NCBI GenBank assembly: GCA_963693365.1
Contig: CAVNZM010000005.1
Location: 7,944,710 to 8,008,709 of the forward strand
Origin: Amoebidium appalachense
Taxonomy: Eukaryota > Protista > Ichthyosporea
Reading direction: 5' to 3'
DNA: 64,000 bases
Below the pieces are notes generated by a model. That model searched no databases. It was given only the letters and a program-made list of their open reading frames with translations, and was not told where the DNA came from. The position numbers and the translations under genes are program-made. Below are positions 53,107 to 64,000 of the stretch, in pieces (the stretch's first letter is position 1; the number at the start of each line of letters is the position of its first letter).

Positions 53107-56100
53107 CAGGATAGGTGCCGGGGGGGGCGGACGGGCTTGGCTCGTGCACGGGACCAGACAGCTGGCTGTAGTGGCCACGCCGGTTGCAGTGAGGCAGCAC
53201 TTGGCGGAGAAGCGCTGCTGGAAGCACCCGAGACATCGCTGCACCACCCAACAAGGAAGTATCAGTGCAGAACATGGTGCTAGCAAACCCAGAACGCAAA
53301 TCACAACGCATCAACGGGGCCAAAGCACACATCGCCTGAAGCTCCCACGGGCGGGGGAGGGGATGTTCCCGACCCCCCAGCTGCTCCACAAAACTGTAGG
53401 CGGCACTCAGAATCGACAAAAGCGGCCGCTGCAGCAGTGCCGCCCACACCCAGCCACCAAGCAACTGCTGCAAACGGAGCTGTGTGACGACACCACGACG
53501 CAACGCGGCCTGGGTTTCCGCCGCCACCAGACGGCACAAGGAAGCACCAGATGGGTGCAATATCCCAGAGCGATGCATTTCCAGGCCTAGCAGCACCATA
53601 GAGGACGACGAACCAGCAGCCACATCCTTCTTGACGGTGGAGGGAAGACCAGCCGGGCCGGTGACGCCATAACACGATTCACGCTGACGATTGATGGCGG
53701 TGGCATCTGTGCCGACCCAGCCACAGTCGTCCACATACAGGGCATGCTGCGTGGCCTGCACAGGCCGCGGCACTATCGCACAGAGGCGCTCAATGCGGGG
53801 CATGCCGGTTCGGTCAGCCAACTGCTCATGGACGTCTTGGGCCACAAGCACAGAATGCACCCAGCCGACGGGCACGGTCTTGAGGGCCGGGTAAACAAGC
53901 CGGTCGGGCCCAGAAAGGCCAACAGCCTTCGAGGACACAGGCGGCAATCCGAAGTACCGCCACAGCCACTCGGGGGCAAGAAGACGATGGAACTGGTTGT
54001 CCATGTCCGACTTGCCAAAATAGAGGCAATCCTAAGGTCCCAGCAACAGATTCGCAAAATCGGGAGGGTTAGGCAGGTGCACCTTGAGGGCAGGATGATC
54101 ACGGGCAAAGAACAGGTTGCCACGGCGGCCGTCAAAAATGACGCGGGCTCTGGTGTCTTTGGGGACCCCAAACAGCCCATTGATGGCCATGGTTTTTCCT
54201 CCGCCTCGAAATAGTGCACGATGCCGCAGTCATGAAGCCGAATAAACAGGGGACCGTGTTCCCCACTGGGAACGTGATGCGCCGGTCGGATGCGGGCGGC
54301 GCAGCTCTGCAGGCGTCGGCGGAACAGGCTTGAGAAGGCCGCCGTCGCAGTTGGCCAAAAACGGCTGCAGTGTAGGGGACAAAAACTGCAACACGTCCAC
54401 TGTGGCTCCAACCCCAGGGGGTGGCAAAGCGGCATTTGCCGCCGTGAGAGGTAGCCATCCTGTCAATACAGGGTAGGCCGCGGGGAACGCAGCCAAGACA
54501 CTACTCGCAGGCTGAGCGTCGTAGACATCCGCGCGTATAGCATCGTAGCTGGCCCTAAGGACAAAGGTCCACACGGCATGGTGGTGACTGTTCACCAACC
54601 GGGTCGGGAATGGGCAAGGGCCGCCTGCCCACAGCTCGTTGAGGGCACCAAGACAACGGTTAGCCAAGGTAACCCCCTTCAGGCGGTGAGACAGACGTTG
54701 CCGACGGCGTTGACTCCGTAGACGGGCTTGTCCAGCACAGCACGGTCCGGCACAGGAATGGCCGGAACAGGAAACAAATCAGAGGCGGCAAAGATATGAC
54801 GTGGCATAGCTGTGGAATCCTTAGAAAAATTAGGGGGCATATTTAATCAAGGGCACATGGCAGGAAACCACAAGAAAATAATATACAGAACCGCGTGCAG
54901 AACCCCCAAAGGGCCGTTTAGGCCCTGTGGCCACCGGCCCCCGGAGGGGTCGATGGACCAGTGCCGGATGGGCCACTGCCGGGACCGCGCCGAGCCCGGG
55001 TGACTTTGGCGAGGGTCTTGGCTTGCCAAACAGCCCGGGTGGCCAAGGCAGGGGGCTGGGGCAGGCTGCGCGCAGGGAGCTCCTCAAACTGCTCTGCAAC
55101 AGCCCGGTCCCCGTTGGACTGATCAGCAGTCTGCACAGCCAGCAGACAGCGCACACCAGCTTTCACAGCAGGCGACTCCTTGCGGGCCACCCTTACTTAG
55201 GGTTGGCGGCCAGCAGCAGATCCAGCATACGGGCAAGCGTCGAGCCTCCCGTTTGTTGCGGTAGCTGACCCAATCCGCCGCATGGACAGCCGCAGTGACC
55301 GAGGCCTGGTCAGCCAAGGCGCTCTTGAGGTAGGAAGGGGCCAGACGTTCTTTGACGCGCAGGTTGACTTTGGCGCCGCTGAGAGCAGATAACGGCTGGG
55401 GTTGGGTTTGGAACGGCCAGAGGAACGACGGCTGCGAGAGGAACGACCGTAGCCACTGCTGCTGGAAGAAGAATCCTCAATCGACGATGGGGTGTCTTCA
55501 CTGCCGGTGTCGTACGCATAGACAGGCTCCTTGCCCTTTGCCCGCGCAGACAGCGTGCTCAGCAGGCCGCCGGCAGAGGGCTTCTTGGGGCGACCAGACT
55601 GGGCAACAGAGAGGGCTTGCACTTGGGCAGAAAGCGCCTGCAGCTGCTCTTGGACGTCTACACCGTCAGAACGCCGCTGGGGAGAGGGCGACCCAGGTGG
55701 GGGGGAGGCATGGCCGCTGCGAGGAGTGCGACAGAGCAAGTGCAGCTGGTCGGTGACTTTCCAACCGACCATCTCAGGGGCATCAAAAGCCACCGAGCGC
55801 GCCTTGAGGGCTGAAACCACACTGTTGACGGTTTCTGCCGGCAGGCTGTTCTAAGGGAGGGCGTTGGACTGCAAAACGGCCAGAGTTTTGAGACTTGCAT
55901 CGACCGCATCAGTAGAGATCTCCAAAAGCTTTTCGAGGAGAGCGGCCCCCTCGGCGACCAGAGCAGGAGGAGGGGCCATTGCAATGCTCACAAACCAGAC
56001 TAGAGCACGAAAACTTGAAAATGAAGACTGGAAAATGCAAAAACACGAGAAAACGACACCGCAAGAAACGTCCGAAAACCAGCCAAAACGCAATGGCGCG

Positions 56101-57098
56101 CACGCAAAACTCTTACCAGATGCTGCCGAAGCTAAGCGCGCGCTCCTGGGCAAAAAAAACCTAGATAAAAAACGAAAACAGCGCGAAAAACGGGGACTAG
56201 AGTTGCAAAAACTTAACTAAAAATTTGGGCCTAAAGAGACCTAAACGCGCTCAGTAGCGCCGCAACTGACCTCCCTGGGGCCGCGCAAGCTCATTATATA
56301 GCGCGGCATGAGCTTGCGCGGCCCACATTTTTGCCTATGGAAATATGAGAAATGATTTAAAACCTATCAAATCCATGAAATCTACCAAAATATTTAGTTT
56401 GTAGACGTGTTTTCTTTGCAGGAGAATTAGATAGCCCCGATGGAGTGAAATTGTGTGTTGCGAGTGTGCTGTAAAATTCGTCGTAGTAGCGTGGTGTAGG
56501 CCTTGGTGTGTTTGATGTGTGTGCAAAGTTTCAGGCTGCTAGCATGTTTATTTAGGGAGCTGTAGCTGTTTTTATGTTCTGTGGAATATGCCATATGGAT
56601 ATATTGATGAGTTTGAGTTATATCTAGTCCGAAATGGGATTAGGTCTTTGTGATCTAGGGGTTTTAGCCACTTGTAAAAAATTTTCATTGGTTGATGTGC
56701 AGCAAAAATTCCATTTGGTAGATTTCATGGATTTGATAGGTTCTAAGTCATTTCTTCATATTTCCATTGGCAAAAATGTGGGCCGCGCTATATAATGAGC
56801 TTGCGCGGCCCCAGGGAGGTCAGTTGTGGCGCTACTGAGCGCGTTTAGGTCTCTTTAGGCCCAAATTTTTAGCTAAGCTTTGGCCCACCCACCACACCCT
56901 TTGCCTATTTAGGCACTAGGCTACGTTTTTGGAGCATGTTTCTGTATGACATTTGTCAAAGTGCCTGCTTGTGAGATCGATCCACAGGCACCGGCTCATG
57001 TATCCCCATGCTGGGGCTGGTAAAGATACGTTGGCATAAGAATGAAATTTTTGCTGCACATCAACCAATGAAGAAGAAAACACGTTTACAAACTAAAT
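53107..57098 (-). mobile_element. YR retrotransposon copy 2 (A1-gag-RT; truncated within RNase H)
   Basis: Reverse complement of copy 1 from the A start (AAT|ATTTAG at 57098) through gag (premature TAG at 55851, frameshifts) and RT with YVDD (ORF 53093-54004). A1 is internally deleted and interrupted by a solo unit. Confidence 0.92.
56392..57043 (+). mobile_element. Solo A-C-B terminal-repeat unit of the YR element
   Basis: Complete A from ATTTAG, shortened spacer C and B ending CATAAGAAT, with no ORFs; flanked by the two halves of copy 2's A1. Confidence 0.85.
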
Positions 57099-57213
57099 AT
57101 TAAAGTAGCTGGAACCATGAGATTGCGACAATCAATCTCCAGGCCAAATTCATTAGAAAAACAGGGTTACATCGAGAGTAAAAAGGTACCAGGGATATGC
57201 ACTAGAGTTATGC

Positions 57214-60200
57214 ACCGGGATGCTGTTGGTGAGTTCCTGGATTGGTTGCCCCCTGGCACCGACACCAAGTCCCCCGCCGAACTGGACGACCTACTGGTGG
57301 AGTATTTTGAGGAGTGTTATGCCATTGATCCATCGCGTGGCCAGCGTCAGCGCTGTGTCAACACAGCTGCCGGCATCAAGCATTTCATGCCACGCCTGGG
57401 TCCACACCTGCAGGCCGGCCAACGGAGCCTGCAGGGCTGGAACCGGCTTGTTCCAGCAAAGACCACGCCCCCGCTTCCGTTTTCATTGGTCCTCGTCATT
57501 GGCCATCATTTGTATTCCAAAATTGGCCCCTTGTTTGGTATTGCTGTTTTGCTCGGATTTGAGTGTTATTTTCGTGTCAGTGAGCTGCTTATGCTCACCC
57601 GTGCGGATCTTGTTTTGCCCGACGACCCCGTTCCCCACGACATGCCACCCGGTACAGGCGGCATCCACCTGGCCAACACCAAGACCGGTCCAAATCAGTT
57701 TGTCCCCATCACCGATCCGTCCCTGTTGGCCATGCTGTCTTTCTGGTTCCGTGGTGCCCCCCCTTCTGCGCAGCTGTTTCCTTTCTCGTATGATGTTCTG
57801 CGTGCCAAGTTCCAAGCGGCATGTGACTCCCTCGCCCTCAACGAGTATGGGTTCCATCTTCACAGTCTTCGCCATGGTGGTGCCTCGAGAGACTACGTCA
57901 GGGGTGTTTCAGTAGAGACGATTGCTCTGCGTGGATGATGGAGATCGCATGCCTCCCTCCGCCGGTATGTGCAGGCCGGCCAGTCTCTTGTTCTTTCTAT
58001 TCACGTGCCTGTGTCGCCCCTTGCCGGGCCCGGGCTGCAGCGCTGCGTCAGTCAGCCACGGTATGGTTCGTTCCTTCCCGTGCCAGGTAGGGAGTGGTGG
58101 AGCACACCTGTGCCTGCTTGTGAGATTGATCCACAGGCACCGGCGCATGTATCCCCTTGCTGGGGCTGGTAAAGACGACGTTGGCATAAGAATATTTAGT
58201 TTGTAAACGTGTTTTCTTTGCAGGAGAATTAGATAGCCCCGTTGGAGTGAAATTGTGTGTTGCGAGTGTGCTGTAAACTTCGTGGTAGTATAATGTTGTA
58301 GGCCATGGTGTGTCTGATGTGTGTGCAAAGTTTCAGGCTGCTAGCATTTTTATTTAGGGAGCTGTAGTTGTTTTTATGTTCTGTGGGATATGCCATATGG
58401 ATATATTGATGAGTTTGAGTTATATCTAGTCCGAAATGGGCGGCAATTGATTAGGTCTTTGTGATCTAGGGGTTTTAGCCACTTGTAAAACATTTTCATT
58501 GGTTGATGTGCAGCAAAAATTCCATTTTGGTAGATTTCATGGATTTGATAGGTTTTAAGTCATTTCTCATATTTATGCCAACGTCGTCTTTACCAGCCCC
58601 AGCAAGGGGATACATGAGCCGGTGCCTGTGGATCAATCTCACAAGCAGGCACAGGTGTGCTCCACAGGAGCAATGAAAAGAATGACAAATGTCATACAGA
58701 AACATGCTCAAAAAACGTAGCCTAGTGCCTAAATAGGCAAAGGGTGTGGTGGGTGGGCCAAAACTTAGCTAAAAAATTGGGCCTAAAGAGACCTAAACGC
58801 GCTCAGTAGCGCCGCAACTGACCTCCCTGGGGCCGCGCAAGCTCATTATAGAGCGCGGCCCACATTTTTGCCTATGGAAATATGAAGAAATGACTTAAAA
58901 CCTATCAAATCCATGAAATCTACCAAAATGGAATTTTTGCTGCACATCAACCAATGAAAAAATTTCACAAGTGGCTAAAACCCCTAGATCATAAAGACCA
59001 AATCGATTGCCGCCCATTTCGGACTAGATATAACTCAAACTCATCAATATATCCATATGGCATATCCCACAGAACATAAAAACAGCTACAGCTCCCTAAA
59101 TAAAAATGCTAGCAGCCTGAAACTTTGCACACACATCAAACACACCATGGTCTACAGTATTATACTACCACAAAGTTTACAGCACACTCGCAACACACAA
59201 TTTCACTCCAACGGGGCTATCTAATTCTCCTGCAAAGAAAACACGTTTACAAACTTAATATTCTTATGCCAACGTCGTCTTTACCAGCCCCAGCAAGGGG
59301 ATACATGCGCCGGTGCCTGTGGATCAATCTCACAAGCAGCAAGCTACAAGCTTCTCACAAGCTACAGCTCCCTAAATAAAAATGCTAGCAGCCTGAAACT
59401 GTGCACACACATCAAACACACCATGGCCTACAACAGTATAATACTACGAAGTTTACAGCACACTCGCAACACACAATTTCACTCCAACGGGGCTATCTAA
59501 TTCTCCTGCAAAGAAAACACGTTTACAAACTAAATATTCTTATGCCAACGTCGTCTTTACGAGCCCCAGCAAGGGGATACATGAGCCGGTGCCTGTGGAT
59601 CAATCTCACAAGCAGGCACAGGTGTGCTCCACCACTCCCTACCTGGCACGGGAAGGAACGAACCATGCCGTGGGTGACTGATGCAGCGCTGCAGCCCGGG
59701 CAAGGAGCGACGCAGGCACGCGAATCAGACTGGCCGGCCTGCACATACCGGCGGAGGGAGGCATGCGATCTCCATCGACCACGCAGAGCAATCGTCTCTA
59801 CTGAAACACCCCTGACATAGTCTCTCGAGGCACCACCATGGCGAAGACTGTGAAGATGGAACCCATACTCGTTGAGGCCGATGGAGTCACATGCCGCTTG
59901 GAACTTGGCACGCAGAACATCATGCGAGAAAGGAAACAGCCGCGCAGAAGGGGGGCGCCACGGAACCAGAAAGACAGGATGGCCAACAGGGACGGATCGG
60001 TGATGGGGACAAACTGATTTGGACCGGTCTTGGTGTCGGCCAGGCGGATGCCGCCTGTACCGGGTGGCATGTCGTGGGGAACGGGGTCGTCGGGCAAAAT
60101 AAGATCCGCACGGGTGAGCATAAGCAGCTCACTGACACGAAAATAACACTCAAATCCAAGCAAAACAGCAATACCAAACAAGGGGCCAATATTGGAATAC

Positions 60201-61452
60201 AAATGATGGCCAATGACGAGGACCAATGAAAACGGAAGCGGGGGCATGGTCTGTGCTGGAACAAGCCGGTTCCAGCCCTGCAGGCTCCGTTGGGCGGCCT
60301 GCAGGTGTGGACCCAGGAGTGGCATGAAATGCTTGATGCCGGCAGCTGTGTTGACACAGTGCTGACGCTGGCCACGCGATGGATCAATGGCATAACACTC
60401 CTCAAAATACTCCACCAGGAGGTCGTCCAGTTCGTCGGGGGACTTGGTGTCGGTGCCAGGGGGCAACCAATCCAGGAACTCAACAACAGCATCCGGGTAG
60501 GCCTTGAGGGTTGGGGGCTTTATGGCCTGGTCAGCCAGAAAGCCGCGAGGGACCATCTACAGGATTGTGGGCTGACGGCAGCCACACACAATACAAACGA
60601 ATGTCGAGGGCAAGCGTGTAGGCAGCCCATTGGCGGCATACACGGTTAAGGCGTCGGGATGCTGAACGACCCTTAGCAACAGCCCCAAGCAGCGCCGTTG
60701 AATCAAGGCCCCAAAGGTAGTGGGAGCCCCGGGCAGCCGTAGACCGACCTAATCGACGAAGCCCCAGGAGCAAGGCTTCTCCCTCCAGAATGTTGATGTG
60801 GTTGGAGTGGCGCCAACGATGACTGATGTTGGTGGTCCACCGGCCACCAACAGCTGCCAGGATAGGTGCCGGGGGGGCGGACGGGCTTGGCTCGTGCACA
60901 GGACCAGACAGCTGGCTGTAGTGGCCATGCCGGTTGCAGTGAGGCAGCACTTCGCGGAGAAGCGTTGCTGGAAGCACCCGGGACACCACTGCACCACCCA
61001 ACAAGGAAGCATCAGTGCAGAACATGGTGCTAGCAAACCCAGAACGCGACGCAAATCACAACGCATCAAAGGGGCCAAAGCACACATCGCCTGAAGCTCC
61101 CACACCACAGGCGGGGAAAGGGGCAAGTCATTTCTTCATATTTCCATAGGCAAAAATGTGGGCCGCGCTATATAATGAGCTTGCGCGGCCCCAGGGAGGT
61201 CAGTTGCGGCGCTACTGAGCGCGTTTAGGTCTCTTTAGGCCCAATTTTTTAGCTTAGTTTTTGCCCACCTACCACACCCTTTGCCTATTTAAGCACTAGG
61301 CTACGTTTTTTAAGCATGTTTCTTTATGACATTTGTCATCCTTTTCATTGCTCCTGTGGAGCACACCTGTGCCTGCTTGTGAGATTGATCCACAAGCTCC
61401 GGCTCATGTATCCCCTTGCTGGGGCTGGTAAAGACGACGTTGGCATAAGAAT
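57214..61452 (+). mobile_element. YR retrotransposon copy 3 (5'-truncated YR, B1, A2 interrupted by copy 4, C, B2)
   Basis: YR fragment 57214-58090 with premature TGA at 57936; B1 about 58097-58193; A2 58194-58573, resuming at 61125-61265; B2 ends CATAAGAAT at 61452. Confidence 0.88.
58571..61124 (-). mobile_element. YR retrotransposon copy 4 (RNase H, YR, B1, partly duplicated B/A, C, B2), inverted inside copy 3
   Basis: RNase H ORF 60531-61025; YR from 60556 with a frameshift near 59950; B/A junction present twice (about 59540 and 59260). Confidence 0.9.
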
Positions 61453-62350
61453 AAGGTTCTCAATGCCAAGATCGGAATGAACGAGACAGCTGTCAAGTTT
61501 GCGGCGCGGCTCCAATCAGATTGGCGGCAGCTGAAGGACTTTCTGGCCCACGAGAACAACGTGAAGGAGCCTGTGGTGGTTGATGTCTTCCTTCGACAGC
61601 CCTGTGAGGACCCCCGGTATGAGCAGTACGCCAAACCGTTGCTGGGCAGTGAAGATGCGGGTCTGAACATGTCCGCATTGGTTGCCAAGTTCATGGTGTA
61701 TGATCAGCGTATCGACCCGGCACCAAAGGGGTAGACCACTAGACTGCATTCAACGCCATGGACAAACAGCGTGACAGGGGCAACAACAGAGGTCACCAGC
61801 ACAGCAAAGGTGACACGAGAAAAAGCAACGGGGGCAACCCAAGGGCCGATTTTTGCTGTCACGCCTGCAACAAGAAGGGTCATTTCGCCCGTGATTGCCG
61901 TGCCAACCCTGACGGGTTTTACAAGAACCGCCGCAACAAGGGGAAAGAGACTGCACTCAACATCACTGACACTCCACGCCAACACAATGGGGCCAGGCGT
62001 CATCTGTGGTGGGATTCCGGGGCAACATCCCACATGTCACCAGTGCGAGAATGGTTCACGAACTTCCGTATGGTGGAGCCAATGCCTGTCACCCATCAGC
62101 ACGTGGGAGGGCAAGGGGGACATCACCTTTGATGCCAAGCCTTTTGACGGACGTGTCAACCGACTGCGGCTCAACTTGAAGGACGTTCTCTATGTGCCCG
62201 CACTCGACAAGACTTTGGTGTCTGCATCAAAATGTCACGCGAAGGGCATCAGCGGCATCACCGCATGGCAAGTTGCTGATTGTCGATCGGGATTGGTCGG
62301 GATTAGCCAATGGCATTCTCGATGGGGGTCTCTACCGCATAGTTGGGCAC
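61453..62350 (+). mobile_element. Ty1/copia gag-protease remnant
   Basis: Zinc knuckle CHACNKKGHFARDC, aspartic protease WWDSGATSHM, copia-typical LKDVLYVPALDKTLVS and GILDGGLYRI; stops and frameshifts; no integrase, RT or LTR seen. Confidence 0.88.
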
Positions 62351-63902
62351 GTGACGACAGGAATGAATCGGTGGCAGCAGTTGAGAAGAACAGCCGCGGC
62401 AGTGGGGGCAACGTCGACGGTGGCAGCATCGCGTCCAGTGCCCCAGAGGCCAGTATTCCGGTGGCACAGGATAAGGTGAGCACACGTGGGAAGGTTCGCT
62501 ATGAGGGCCCGCCCGGCCGGTTCGCCGCGGATACAAGCGGTTCAGGGCGGATCCGGGCCAAAGTTCGCCGAGAGCCGCGAAAGATCTGCAGCCAATTACA
62601 CAAGCCATTCGAAGCGATTTGTGGAATGCGAATCCCCAGCTCACGGCAGAGACACTCCTGACAGGCACCCAATCGATCGGAGCGCGGCGAAAGCATGAAA
62701 CGGGATATAGCAATAAACGATAACCAATAGATTTCAAGTATGCAAAAGGCTTTAAAGATTATTAAAACAGTAAGAAAATGCACAATAAAGGGTGTAAAAT
62801 ATATTTAATCTGTTGTACTATCCGTTTTATTATGTGGGTAATCAATCGTTGTAGAGCATTTTTGGTATACCTGCATGTCAGAGAGTCAATGACCACACAT
62901 TCGGCGAAATGATGCATGCTTGTGCAGTGGCCACCTAAATACACCTGCTTCCGTATGCATGAACTTTTTTACATGGCACAACACAGAGTTTTATATATAG
63001 CAAAGAGCACACAATTGGGAAGGCGCACTTGGCTCATATGGCAGCCTGGGAGGATGCGTGATCAGCATTCAACCCGCAATGAATATAGTGCTAATTGTCT
63101 GCTGCAATTGGCGCGTTCCGGCTCGCGGGAATTCACCCACTAACCGAACCCTGACGGGACCTAGAATAAAGGTGAGCTGCTTTTACCTAGGTGGCAGGTC
63201 TCCAAATCGAGCTTTGTGGCCTTTTCATCGCACAATTTATATATACCTGAATTCATTTTCACAATTGAAAAAGGGTTTGTTTGGTTTAGAACTGTTGTGA
63301 TTTTTTCCCGTATGGTTTCCTTTTTCTCCGCAAGGGGGGGTGGGGCGGGGGGCCGCGGGTTTGGGGCGAGGGGGAAGTACGTTTGCATGATTTATGCCGA
63401 ATTGCAGATCAAAAGAAGTATATTGTCACCTGCTGCCCAATTGCAGATCCAAAGAAATATGTTGCCATCTGCCATTTGATTTCAGTTCAGTTTCAGTTTA
63501 TCAGTTTTCATTGCATAAGTACCGCGAATTGCAGATCACAAATAAGTATATTGCCTTCTGCCATTAGTTTAATATCAGTTTTAGGCGCAAACAAAAAGGT
63601 ATAGGAGAACGAAGGTTGAAATGCACGCACTAGTAGATGGACCTCACACTTGTTGTAAAACGGTGGACATTACATATGTCCCCCATATTGCTTGCGTTTG
63701 AGGCAACGCGCTTTGCTTCCACATCATGTTGCCTGATCGATTATATAGAAAGCATGCCGACCACTCAAACCACGCTTGAGCGTTGCAAAATTCCTTTTTC
63801 ATGATCACGGTGCCACTCCTACTTGCCCATTCCTATTCAGTATTTAAGCTGTATTAAATAGTAATATATTGATTTTTATCATTTATTTATACATTAGTAT
63901 TC

Positions 63903-64000
63903 ATTCTTATGCCAACGTCGTCTTTACCAGCCCCAGCAAGGGGATACATGAGCCGGTGCCTGTGGATCAATCTCACAAGCAGGCACAGGTGTGCTCCACA
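63903..64000 (-). mobile_element. B repeat (right end) of a further YR retrotransposon copy running off the window
   Basis: Reverse complement of the B repeat, ending GGCATAAGAAT. Confidence 0.9.

Noticed and set aside
56600-56640. Hammerhead ribozyme in repeat A (TTGATGAG...GAAA)
   Set aside because: The core is TTGATGA rather than CTGATGA, and stem II cannot pair.

Overview
Eukaryotic, intron-rich, repeat-rich genomic DNA. Short GT-AG introns with a strong CTRAY branch point and G-rich 3' ends suggest a unicellular eukaryote, possibly an opisthokont protist (inference only). Bases 1-45,000 hold seven spliced genes reconstructed by hand: a Pho80/PCL-type cyclin (+), an unidentified multi-pass membrane protein (-), dipeptidyl peptidase III (+), BLOC-1 subunit 4 (-), a Cys-less pentameric ligand-gated ion channel with extra modules (-), a TMEM184/OST-alpha family protein (-) and DNA topoisomerase III beta (+). 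Their introns carry MITEs, microsatellites and many minisatellites, several of which are tandem amplifications of the splice junction itself. Bases 46,000-64,000 are a nest of one tyrosine-recombinase (DIRS-order, Ngaro/PAT-like split-direct-repeat) retrotransposon family: one near-complete copy inside a piggyBac-like MITE, three partial copies, a solo terminal-repeat unit and one further end. Two of these sit inverted inside the A repeat of sibling copies, and a Ty1/copia remnant follows. All homology calls come from motif recognition, not database searches. Most ORFs in the supplied track are repeat-derived artefacts.
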